DNA of 64,000 nucleotides, taken from the NCBI GenBank assembly GCA_951406725.2, contig OX597829.1, positions 19,282,001 to 19,346,000 on the forward strand, given 5' to 3'. The notes under the pieces are model-generated. The model was not told the origin of the DNA. It worked only from the letters and a program-made list of their open reading frames with translations, and did no database searches. Below are positions 13,095 through 25,099 of this stretch, in pieces; the stretch's first letter is position 1, and each line of letters begins with the position of its first letter. The translations under genes and the position numbers were made by a program. The DNA is from Octopus vulgaris. Its lineage: Eukaryota.

Positions 13095-13400
13095 GGTATG
13101 TGGCTCAGTTGTTAGGATATTAAGCTTGCAGTCATAAGGTCTTGATTTCAATTCCCGGCGGCGCGGTGTGTCCTTGAGCAGGACACTTTATTTCACATTG
13201 CTCCAGTTCACTCAGCTGGCAAAAATGAATTGTACCTGTATTTCAAAGGGCCAGCCTTGTCACATTCTGTGATCCACTGAATCTCCTTGCGAAATACATT
13301 AAGGGGACACATGAATGCGGAGTGCTCAGCCACTTGCACACTAATCTTATGAGCAGGCTGTTGTTCTGTTGATTGGGATCAACTGGATCACATGTCACTG
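13095..13400 (+). mobile_element. tRNA-derived SINE family B
   Basis: gtggctcagttgttagg..tttcaattcccgg..tgtccttgagcaggacactttatttcac..ctcagctggcaaaaatga; homologous to the 22444-23648 units. Confidence 0.8.
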
Positions 13401-14029
13401 ATACCAACAAATTACCAAGCTATACCGATTCACAAGCAATAGTTGAATCAGCCAAAATGAGATCCTTATTTCTTTAAAATCAGAAATTTCATAATCTAAA
13501 TTCATAGGCCAGTATTTTTTTAATTTAAAAATTTTTTTTAATTTTTTGTATTTGAAATAGATCTCTCATTTTGTTCATAGTATTCCATTAGCAATAACTG
13601 AATTAGCAAGTCGAGAATCTTATTTCTTTTAAATTAGAAATTTGATTATTAAATAACAGACCAGTATTTTTTAAACGATCCACAATAATTGGCTGAGCAT
13701 CATCAGATGCCTCTCAATTTTTTAACCAATATAACTGAGTTATATTGTTAAGTTATGAGGATGTAAACATACCAACATTGGTGATGGGAGACAAACACTA
13801 AAACAAACACACACACACACACACACACACAAACATACACATGTACATGAACACATACACACTTAAACACACACATTCTTTCAGTTTCTGTTTGCCAAAT
13901 CTGCTCACAAGGCTTTGGTCAGCCTGAGGCTATAATAGAAGACACTTGCGCAAACTGTCACACAGTGGGACTGAACCTGGAACCATGTGGTTGGGAAGTA
14001 AGATTCATACCACACAGCCACACCTCCTA

Positions 14030-14415
14030 TTAGTTCTTTTTCCTTTCTTTAAGTCTTTTGTACATAACAATGGCAATGGAAGAGTTTTTTTTCGATGATT
14101 TTCAGAATGTCTTTTCTAAAACAAACTCCTTCACTAATCAATATATATATATCATGTCAACTTATAATTCCTCACAGCTTCATACAGTAGATTCATAGAT
14201 CTGTATTGTGAATATCACTGATTTTGACTTCTGAATAAGCCATGCTTCAACATCTCTTCTCATTTCACCTATTCTGATGCAAACAGTATTGTTATCCAGT
14301 GCCCTGTCATCAAAACCTTCGTCATCTCTCTCAAGAACTGCAATGAAGAAAGTTGATGTTGCTGGTTTAATCAAATCCTTATCTTTGATATAAGGATACC
14401 ATAATGGTTTTTGCT
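14030..14415 (-). mobile_element. hAT Buster/Charlie-type (ZBED5/SCAND3-like) transposase remnant
   Basis: LIKPATSTF...DNNTVCIRIGEMRRDVEAWLIQKSKSVIFTIQIYESTV matches the Buster pattern LIKP..SNNTV.RRI.EM..D.E.QL...K...FS.Q.DEST; the catalytic D is mutated. Confidence 0.75.
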
Positions 14416-14645
14416 GTAATTTATTTACTGTTTTACTCTTTTATTTGTCTTACTCATTTGATTACGGTCATGCTGGAGTACCACCTGTAGTCAAACAAAT
14501 CGACCCCAGGACGTATTCTTTGTAAGCCTAGTACTTATTCTATCGGTCTCTTTTGCAGAACCGCTTAGTTACAGGGACATAAACATACCAGCATCGGCTG
14601 TCAAGCAATGGTAGGGAGACTAACACAGACACACATGCAAATATA

Positions 14646-14684
<39 letters not shown>

Positions 14685-14742
14685 GGACATTATTTACATT
14701 ATTTACATTTGATGGATATTTGTCCTCATCTTGTTTGTTGTT

Positions 14743-14790
14743 AACACAACATTTTGGCTTATATATGCCCTCCAGCCTTCATCAGGTGTC
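14743..14790 (-). ncRNA. Degenerate minimal hammerhead motif
   Basis: Minus: gacac-CTGATGA-aggct..agcc-AAAAT-GTT-gtgtt. GAAAC has decayed to AAAAT while stems I and II are retained. Confidence 0.55.
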
Positions 14791-14826
14791 TTGGGGAAAT
14801 TTCGAACCTGGTATTTTTCGATGTTG

Positions 14827-14856
<30 letters not shown>

Positions 14857-14857
<1 letters not shown>

Positions 14858-16055
14858 CTGTATATATATATATAAAAGGCAAGATATGTGTGCGTGTGTG
14901 TACGTGAATGTAATTTATGCACATCCACAAATTAGCATGCACGTCGCTCCAATTTTAGGAGGATATTCATCACGACCCTAGCTGTATTTTCATCAAATTA
15001 TTTTCCCCCAAGGCACCAGCAAAGAGCGGTAAAAAATAAATTTTCAACCATAACTTAACAATTTTCATAACGGAGAAATCAACCATTGTTTACAAACATG
15101 AGTTAAGTCTCCTTCTAGCGATGGTGTAAAGACAGGGAGTGAGTGAGAGAGAGAGAGAGAGATAACAGATTTTTAAAATTTCGTTTTTTTTACTGTGTGA
15201 TTGACAGGCAAAAACAGACTGACAGGTGTTGTTATGTATGTATGTATGTATGTGTGAATGGCTTCAGTCACACACACACACAAGCATGTATGCATACAAA
15301 ACATATGTATGCAATGTGTGTGTGTATGTGTTGCCCGTCTATATATATATATATATACACAATATAAACGATATTCTCCATTTCTCCACAACTAATTTCC
15401 AAATTAGCTGAATCCTTTGCTCTACTCATAGCGATATATAGCTGGTCGTGCGTGAACATGGGAGAAAGAGAGCAGAGGTTACCAGAGCAAAAGACCTACA
15501 TGTTGACTGTAGACATGCTCCTTTGCAAACAATCAGCTATTATTTTGTAAACAATGTTTTGAAACTGTTCATGTTTTTGAAAGGAGAGATCTGACTCTCA
15601 CATCTCTGTGGGAGAAGGTAGGCCTCTATTCCACTTACAAAACTTACGTCTGGGTGTTTACAAATTTGCATTTTGTAAACAATGTTTCAAAACTGTCCAT
15701 GTTTTCGAAAGGAGAGATCTGACTCTTTTCAACCATAATGTCTACCAATTTTGATGTATTTTGTTCAAACTTGATGCCAGCATTACTTCGGACTCATGGG
15801 ATCTTTGAATGTTTTAAGTTCTCCAAAAACGAAAAAAAAAAAAGAAAACAAGCGATGAGTGGAAAAAATTGATAAACCGATTCCTTATGGGATTTCCCAA
15901 TCAAATTGTCTGCAAAATTTCAGCCAAAAGTTTACCAATTTCAATGGATTTCACTCAAATTTGACATCAATGTTACTTATTTGCTTTGAAACAAAGAGCT
16001 TGATTAGCTTAATAATCCTAACTTAATCCCAAGCAAAACCAGGCTATACTGCTAG
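14857..16055 (+). mobile_element. Non-autonomous Helitron
   Basis: A|TCtgtatatatataaaagg 5' end and ...aggctatactgCTAG|T 3' end, no TSD; internal PIF1-helicase motif remnant; second copy at 29637-30722. Confidence 0.75.
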
Positions 16056-16553
16056 TTATTATTAATATAGAACTGTATCATATGTACAATGGGTTTCTTT
16101 CAGTTTCCATCTACCAAATCCACTCACAAGGCTTTGGTCAGCCTAAGGCTATAGAGAAGACACTTGCCCAAGATGCTATGCAGTGAGACAGAACCCGGAA
16201 CTATGTGGTTGGGAAGCAAGCTTCTTACCACAGAGCCACATCTTTCTCTTATCTTTTATTTGTCTCAGTCACTGGACTGTGGCCATGCTGGGGCATTGCC
16301 TTGAAAGGTCTTTGTAGTTGAACAAATCAACCCCAGTACTTGTAATTATTTTTTGTAAGCCTGGTACTTACTTTATCACTCCTCTTTTGCTGAACCACTA
16401 AGTTATGAAGGGAAGAGGACATAAAAAATCCAGCACCAGTTGTCAAGCCAAAGAGGGGGACAAATACAATTACAAAAACACTCACCCACATATATACATA
16501 TATGTATATATAACAAATGAAAGACAGAAGATGGAAAATATGAGAATATATTA

Positions 16554-16663
16554 TTTATCACAACAATTGTTTCGACACATCTAGCACTGACTCCTGTTGT
16601 GGGACACACAAAAACTGGTTCAGGAGTATCCAATGGTGCAGACATATCTCGTCAGGTGATAAA
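16554..16663 (-). ncRNA. Type I hammerhead ribozyme, intact core
   Basis: Minus: tttatcac-CTGACGA-gatatgtct..gcac..actcctg..caggagt..gtgc..agatgtgtc-GAAAC-aatt-GTT-gtgataaa. 8-bp stem I and long stem II. Confidence 0.8.
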
Positions 16664-16932
16664 AAAAAAATCCCGTGAAAATGACAGTTCCATAATGCAA
16701 CTTTTCGTTTTGTAGAGAGAAAAACAGCTAGATGGAGGAAAATTCTTCATATATATAGAAGATTCAAAAATAAAATTGCAGAAGACAAAAAGAGAATCAA
16801 ACACTTAATCCAGCGACACACATGTGTGTATGTGAGTGCATATGTACACTTGCATGTGTGCATCTGTGTGTGTATGTGAGTGTGCATGCATGCATGTATG
16901 TGTGTGTATATATATATTCATATATCTATATA

Positions 16933-16973
<41 letters not shown>

Positions 16974-17062
16974 AATTACTATATATATATATTTATAAAT
17001 TACTATATATATATATAAATTACTATATATAAATTACTATATATATAAATTACTATATAAAT

Positions 17063-17108
<46 letters not shown>

Positions 17109-17285
17109 TACTATATATATATATATAAATTAATATATTACTTATGCAGTATTTATATCCGGGAATTTAGCGCGCCAGAACGAGGGCATTTGAATGTAAC
17201 TGTGAATATAATCGGCCGTACTGTTCGCCTCTATCCAACCGCATGTTGATTTTGTCATGCAGTTCGACTAATTATATTTTGATGT

Positions 17286-17361
17286 ACTCTACTGACGATT
17301 CGAAAATACTTATATAAGTAAAATTACATAATTTATTAACGATGAAACAATTGTATAGAGT
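17286..17361 (+). ncRNA. Type I hammerhead ribozyme motif
   Basis: actcta-CTGACGA-ttcg..tacttatataagta..cgat-GAAAC-aatt-GTA-tagagt. Perfect 6-bp stem I, GUA cleavage triplet, weak stem II. Confidence 0.7.
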
Positions 17362-18763
17362 TAATCTATTTTTTCGTTATCTTTCATTTGTCCTGCTCGC
17401 TTATGTTCTTGGTGCGTTGAATTATTTCTTGAGAACAATTCTCTGGTGGTGGATTCCCTTTGCGGATCTATATCTAGCATTAGAGCGTCCACATAGTGGA
17501 TCCTCTCTCATAGTCTTATATATATATATATATATATTTATTCATATTTCAGTTTCTGTGTTCCAAATCCACTTACAAATCTACTCACAAAGTTTTGGTC
17601 GGCCTGCGGCTATAGTAGTAGACACTTGCTCAAGGTGTCACACAGTAAGACTGAACCCAAGACCACATGCTTGGGAAGCAAACTTCTTACTACACATCCT
17701 TGCCTCCAAGTAATTGGGGTTTTTTTTACACACACACACACACACAACAGGTTTCCTTTCGGTTCCCTTGTGTCTACCCCAAGTCCACTTACAAATTTCA
17801 ATCAACCTGAAAACACTTGCTGAAGATGCTGCACAGTGCAACTGAAAGCAAGACCATACAGTTGGAAAACAAGTTTTCTCTCTCAACCACACAGTCACAC
17901 TTCAGTATGTACAACAACTGGTTGCATTTTGTGCAGAGAAAATAGTTTGTTCATTGGATTATTTTGAAACTTGCACTTTGGGTGATTTAGAATATTCTAG
18001 TTTTGAAGTTATCTGAATATTTTGTTTCATTTTCAGATTTGCCTTGAAACTGCCATGCTTCATTGATTCAGCAGCCATACAATGTTTAACCAAAGAATCA
18101 ATGAAACAGAGAGTGAAACAGCTTGACTGTCATGTACAGCAGAAATAGAAACCAAACTTGAATTAGTTCTTTCAACTGATTAGCTTTTCTTTGGTTTCTG
18201 CTGCTCATTTTAACCACAGATTTAATAACTGGAAGAAAGAAAAATACTTTGGAGAAAAAAAAAAAATTATAAAATATATTTTAACATCTTAAGGCATATG
18301 TGTGTGTGCATGTGTCTGTATATGTGTGCATATATGTTTGCATGCATGTATGTGTGCATTTGTGTGTGTATGTGAGTGCATACGTACACTTGCATGTGTG
18401 TGTATGTGAGTGTGCTTGCATGTATGTCTGTGTGTGTATGTCTCCGTATGTGTGTGTGTGTGTGTGCATATCCTTTTGCATTGGATTACTTAGTGGTGAG
18501 AAATCTGAGGTTTTTTTTTCCTTTTCTTTGTGTAACTGAAAGAAACTGAATGCCCAACATTCATAGAATGTGTTGCATTCTCTGTCATTTTCAAAACACT
18601 CAAAGCCTCTATCACTGACAGATCAACACCAATGTCTCAGCAATTCCTCGAGTGTTACTCTTGTTGCCCAATTCCTTACGAATGCTACAGAAATCAAAAT
18701 GTACAGCACATTATACTTGCACTGTTATGAGATACACAGAATACAGCAAACAATATGAATATT

Positions 18764-19045
18764 AGGGTGGAGTGAAAATAAAAAAATTGTGGGAATTGAA
18801 AATGCCTGAGGGCTAAAATATTGCTATATTTGATTACTAGAAAAATGCTAAAATTTTGCTGAGATCAGGTCCCTTAAACTCTGAAGATGGGAAATTTTAA
18901 AAAAAAATTTTCACAATAGCGGAGTTTGGGGGGGTTTGAGGGAGTAAAATGCCCTTGACTGATCTCAGCAAAAATTGAGCATTTTTCTACTTATAATATA
19001 TAGCAGGATTTTAGGCCTCAGGCATTTTTAATTTCACTTCACCCT
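18764..19045. mobile_element. MITE with long imperfect terminal inverted repeats
   Basis: agggtggagtgaaa..aaaatgcctgagg..agaaaaatgct..ttttgctgagatcag versus ctgatctcagcaaaa..agcatttttct..cctcaggcatttt..tttcacttcaccct. Confidence 0.75.
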
Positions 19046-19816
19046 CACGAGTAACTCTACACTTTACCTACAGGACCACAGTACAAATGCTTACAAATGA
19101 TGCATTTTCCTCATTAACTAATGAACAAGTTCATTGCCAATATATATAATTTTTTTTTCCTTTTTTACTTGTTTCAGTCATTACACTGTGGCCATGCTGG
19201 GGCACCACCTTGAAGAATTTTTAATCAAATGAATCCATCTCAGTACGCTTTTATAAAAAAAGGTTGGTACTTATTCTCTCAGTCTCTTTTGATGAACTGC
19301 TAAGTTATGTGAATGTAAACACACTGACACCAGTTATCAAGCAGTGTTAGAGGACATACACAAACACAAAGACATACACACATAGATATACATACATAAT
19401 TACGAGGAATGCAGGGCTAGTCTTACTGTAACTCAGAAAAATCAAGGATTTGGTGGTAGTGGTGGTCATTGTCATCATTGCTGTCGTCATCGTGGTGGTT
19501 AATAATCATCATTATTATCATTGGCTGTCCTAACAAGATACATCTATTGTTTATCCCCACTTCAGCCTTGATCAAGCAACCATATGATTAAAGCTAAATG
19601 ATGATGATGATGATGATGATAGTTGAAAAAGACATGTTCTTGACCCCCCAGACCAAAGATAAACTTTTTTTATTTCAAATTTTTATAAATTTTTACTAAT
19701 ATTTAATAAGATGAGATTCATCAAAACTGGTAATATTTTCTTCATGGAATTTTTTATAAAATTCCCTCTTAAATTGAAATGTCTTAGACTTATTTCTGTG
19801 CTATTTCCACCTCCAT

Positions 19817-19870
<54 letters not shown>

Positions 19871-20009
19871 GTAGGAAAGGCCAGTTTAAGGGATTACCAT
19901 GGGTTTCCCATTCATAAAGGATAATCCCATACACCAGCCTTCCCCACTTTTAATATAGACTACTCTACATCTTAGAGTGTGCTTCTTCTCCAGATTTGTT
20001 TTCTACAAA

Positions 20010-20045
<36 letters not shown>

Positions 20046-20125
20046 GTAGGGAATATAATTCCAAACTTACAGGGAAAAATTCAATTTAGCAATTCTAAAT
20101 CAAATTTCACAATATATAATATATG

Positions 20126-20398
20126 TATATAATTTATAGAAAAACCACCATTAAATAATTCAATAAAGAAAGATGTTATTCACACCATATAGAAAACATA
20201 TACTATAAAAAGCTTATTTTAAAAATCAATAAAGTACAAAAATAATAAATAGTAAATAGTAGTAAAATTACTATTATTGTTTTTGTACTTTATTGATTTT
20301 TAAAATAAGCTTTTTATAGTATATGTTTTCTATATGGTGTGAATAACATCTTTCATTATTGAATTGTTTAATAGAGGTTTTCCTCTAAATTATATATA
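20126..20398. repeat. Foldback inverted repeat inside the (TA)n of a SINE A
   Basis: About 75 bp of perfect arms, 20168-20242 versus 20280-20354, with imperfect extension. Confidence 0.9.
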
Positions 20399-20951
20399 TA
20401 CATATACACTCGACAGGCTTCTTTCAGTTATTTCCAAAATCCACTCACAAGGCTTTGGACAGCCCGAGGCTATAGGGGAAGACATTTGATCCAGGTGTCA
20501 TGCAGTGAGACTTAACCTGGAACCATGCAATTGTGGAGCAAGCTTCTTACCACACTACACAAGTTACAAATGAATGCAAAAGCAGATAAGTTCTAAAGTC
20601 CATCTTACAACAAGCAGTGCTGAGATTTCATTGAGCAAAAAATACAAAAAGACAAATCAATCCCCAGTTTATCTCTCACAGGGCAAAGTCTTGGAGAGCT
20701 TGGCAAAAATATGTGACACGTAATTACGAAGAATGCAGGGCTAGTCTTACTGTAACTCAGAAAAATCAAGGATTTGGTGATAGTGGTGGTCGTGGTTGTC
20801 GTTGTCATTGTCATCATTGCCGTCATCGTGGTGGTGATAATCATCATTATTATCATTGGCTGTCCTAACAAGATACATCTATTGTTTATCCCCACTTCAG
20901 CCTTGATCAAGCAACCATATAATTAAAGGTATTCCAGCAGTGACCATCCTG

Positions 20952-20955
<4 letters not shown>

Positions 20956-21008
<53 letters not shown>

Positions 21009-21011
21009 CAC

Positions 21012-21056
<45 letters not shown>

Positions 21057-21068
21057 GATTATTATTAG
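20956..21068. repeat. (TTA)n microsatellite
   Basis: Direct reading. Confidence 0.95.
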
Positions 21069-21885
21069 TGGGGAAAGAATAACTACATTATAGAGCAGGT
21101 ATTTCTCCAAGAAAATAAAGTATGATTTGAAAAGAGAATTTGGCTGCACTTTTTAATAAGTTGAGCAGTAAACAACAGGTTTTATATTTAGCTTAAATCG
21201 TAACAAGGTTTCTCTAATAATTGTTAATTAAAGTTATTTTTTAATAAGTTCCTATTTATAAGGATATTTTAGTATTATTTACTGAGTCACTTGTGTAAGT
21301 TTAACATTAAAACATGTAAGGACAACGAATATTTAATACATATGTAGTCTTTTAATTATTAACTTTGGATTATGAAATAGTGTAAATCACTCAGAATTAG
21401 TTATATTATTAGTTAAGTTCAATCAAGCTTGTTTTGTTTTGGAGTGAATAGAATATAAAAGCTTTCACTTTTATACTAATAACTATGGAAGACTGGCGGG
21501 AATATTATCTGCATGGACGTCAAGGGCTAATTTGGTATTTAGTTAGATAATTTAGAAGTTAGCCATAGGTTTACTTATTGAATTTATTTCCCAATACCGT
21601 TTTTATACATAGGGTAAATGTGTTTCTGTGTTGTAGTTTAATTAATAATGTTAGTGTTTAATACTTCCTAGAATTAAGATTGAATGAATGTGGTGATATC
21701 TAAGGTATGTTTGTTCCCAAACAACACTTATTTAGTGCTGTTGACACTGCCAGATTGAATGGTACTATTCGGGTGTCAAAACCATAGTGATATCTATGGG
21801 GCAGCTGATGATGGGGGTATGTTGGATTGTTGGTATGGGTGTTATTGTATGTGTGGAATAGTTTTATAACACATCCATTTGATAG

Positions 21886-21923
<38 letters not shown>

Positions 21924-22443
21924 TTATGTTTTTAATTCTATTTTGCCTGTTTGCACACACACATACATATATATGTCTGTATATATAACTAGTTTGATAA
22001 GTGTTAATGTATGAAACTCTCGTCATATTGGTTCTGCTAAATATTAATGTGTGTGTGTGTGTGTGTGTGTATAGACACTCATGTTTTGAGTTCTGATTTT
22101 GATTTTTTTTGCATCACCAAACGTAAAAAGAGAAAAAAAAATTACAGAATATGCTATTTTATGAAGCTTCATCTAAAGCGATACTTGATAAGCATATTCA
22201 GATGTTTTTGAATAAATTCTTAATGACAGAAGGTGAATAGCTCGAGCCAGTGTTGATGATATCAATTACTCATTAAGTTTTTAAAATGGGAGCTAACTGC
22301 TAGTGTCTAAATTTGAATTGATGTTGAGAGAGATGATGATGCTTAGGTGGTAGACTATTAGGATTTTTATCAGAAAACTATGAACTGGGATTTTGATTGC
22401 TGCCTTGATACTATGTTAAGATATTTATGTTAAGATAGACACC

Positions 22444-23648
22444 GTGAAGGTGCATGGCTTAGTGGTTTGGGCATTTGGTTCATGATTGTAAGTTTGTGAG
22501 TTTGATACTCAGTAGTGCGTTCTGTCCTTGAGCAAGACACTTTATTTTGTATGTTCCAGTTTGCTCAGCTGAGTAGTAACTGAGTAGTACCTGTAATTCA
22601 AAGGGCCAGCCTTGTAATACTCTGTGTCAGTGCTGAATCTCCCTGAGAACTACGTTGAAGGTACATGTGTCTGTGGTGTACTCAGCCACTTGCATGTTAA
22701 TTCCATGAGCAGGCTGTTCCGATGTTTGGATCAGCTGGAACCCTCTTTGTGAAGATGCATGGCTTAATGGTTAGGGGTATTAGGCCCATGCTTGTTAGGT
22801 CCTGAGTTTGATACTTGGCAACACATTGCATCCTTGAACAAGACGCTTTATTTCACATTGCTCCAGTTCACTCAACTGGCAAAAATGAGTTGTACCTGTA
22901 TTTCAAAGGACCAACCTTGTAATACTCTGTGTCAGTGCTGAATCTCCCTGAGAATTACGTTAAAGGTACATGTGTCTGTGGAGTACTCAGCCACTTGCTT
23001 ATTAATTTCATGAGCAAGCTGTTCCATTGATCATATCAACTGGAACCCTCTTTGTGGGGATGCATGGCTTAATGGTCAGGAGATTCGGCACCCGATCATA
23101 AGATCATGAGTTTGATTCCCAAGAGTACATTGCATCCTTGAGCAAGACACTTTATTTCACATTAGTCCAGTCCACTCAGCTGGCAAATATGAGTAGTATC
23201 TGTAATTAAAAGGCCAGCCTTGTCACACACTCTGTGCCATGCTGAATCTCCATGAGAACTACGTTAAAGGTCTGTGGAGTACTCAGCCACTTGCTTATTA
23301 ATTTCACGAGCAGGCTGTTTGGTCAATCATATCAACTGGAACCCTCTTTGTGAAGATGCATGGCTTAATGGTTAAGGCATTTGGCTCATGATTGTTAGAT
23401 CCCGAGTTTAATACTTGGCAACATATTGTGTCCTTGAGCAAGACTCTTTATTTCATGTTGCTCCAATCCACTCAGCTGGAAAAAATGAGTTGTACCTGTA
23501 TTTCAAGGGGCCAGTCTTGTCACATTCTCAGTCACACCAAATTTCCCTGAGAACTACAACGAGGGTAGACTTATCTATGGAGTACACAGCCACTTGAAAG
23601 TTAATTTCATGAGCAGGTTAGTCCATTGATTGGACGAAATGGAACCCA
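22444..23648 (+). repeat. Head-to-tail tandem array of four SINE family B units (~300-bp period)
   Basis: Units start at 22444, 22749, 23054 and 23350; recurring junction ggaaccctctttgtg..gatgcatggcttaatgg. Confidence 0.9.
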
Positions 23649-23837
23649 GGTCATTTTACTCAGCAAAGCACCGACCGAATGACCATAAATCCTTGTTGTT
23701 TATAAAAGCCATACATGCAGTGTATACTGATTGTCTCCATCGTCGTGTCTTATGAAAACACATCTAAGTTTACTGGTGATATATCTTTGAGGGTTATGCA
23801 ACATATTCTAACCAAAGATATTTTACCAGTGATATAT

Positions 23838-24220
23838 GGAAGCACTCCGTTGGTTACGATGACGAGGGTTCCGGTTGATCCGAATCAACGGAACAGCCTG
23901 CTCGTGAAATTAACGTGTAAGTGGCTGAGCACTCCACAGACACGTGTACCCTTAACGTAGTTCTCAGGGAGATTCAGTGTGACACAGAGAGTGACAAGGC
24001 CGGCCCTTTGAAATACAGGTACAACAGAAACAGGAAGTAAGAGTGAGAGAAAGTTGTGGGGAAAAAGTACAGCAGGGATCACCACCATCCCCTGCCGGAG
24101 CCTCGTGGAACTTTTAGGTGTTTTCACTCAATAAACACTCACAACGCCCGGTCTGGGAATCGAAACCGCGATCCTATGACCGCGAGTCTGCTGCCCTAAC
24201 CACTGGGCCATTGCGTCTCC
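23838..24220 (-). mobile_element. Young tRNA-derived SINE (family B variant) with 13-bp target-site duplication
   Basis: A box TGGCCCAGTGG, B box GTTTCGATTCC; TSD accagtgatatat at 23825-23837 and 24221-24233; CpGs retained. Confidence 0.9.
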
Positions 24221-24499
24221 ACCAGTGATATATATATAACAGCACATTACACCATGCATTAATAGTGGCACAGATTTCCTTGTAACGCATAACGGGGGGT
24301 GGGGGTGGGGGGAAGAAAACTCATTTCAAATGGAACACATTACAAACAACGCACATTACTGATGAAATACTTCAACAATAGTATATATATATATTTATTT
24401 ACTGCTGGCTCATAATATGCATTCATTAGCATCTATTGATTGTCTCAATAGAATCAAGACAATCAGTTGATCTTATCGTCAAACCAAAGGAAAATTAAT

Positions 24500-24535
24500 G
24501 ACAAAGAGTATAATAAAAACAACAAGAACAACAAC

Positions 24536-24570
<35 letters not shown>

Positions 24571-24821
24571 CAATAACAACAATGATAATAATAATGATGA
24601 TGATGATAATAATAATGATGACAACAGTGGTTTCAGATTTTGATGCAAGGCCAGCAATCTTAAATGATGGGTTCAGTTGACTACATCAGCCCTGATGTAA
24701 TCAACTGGTACACATTTTATTGCCCCTAAAGGATAAGAAGCGAACAATAAGTAATAATAATAACAGTAATGATAATAATAATAATAATGATAACAATAAT
24801 AATAATAATAATAATAATAAC

Positions 24822-24865
<44 letters not shown>

Positions 24866-24926
24866 TAATAATAATAATAATAATGACAATAATAATAATA
24901 ATAACAATAATAATAATAATAATAAC

Positions 24927-24958
<32 letters not shown>

Positions 24959-24980
24959 TGATAATGATAATAATAATAAC

Positions 24981-25036
<56 letters not shown>

Positions 25037-25075
25037 CAATGACAATGATAATAATAAAAATTATTATTATTATTA
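24500..25075. repeat. (AAT)n microsatellite tracts
   Basis: Direct reading (24510-24620 and 24750-25075). Confidence 0.95.
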
Positions 25076-25099
25076 TTGTTGTTGTCGTTATTATTATAA

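Noticed and set aside
18039-18150. Possible exon after tttcattttcag
   Set aside because: Short frame with no recognisable protein motif or partner exon.
21815-22030. CTGATGA at ~21805 and GAAAC..GTC at ~22013
   Set aside because: No stem I or stem II complementarity links them.
24140-24220. tRNA-like sequence with A and B boxes
   Set aside because: SINE head continuing into the SINE body with a TSD; no complete acceptor stem.
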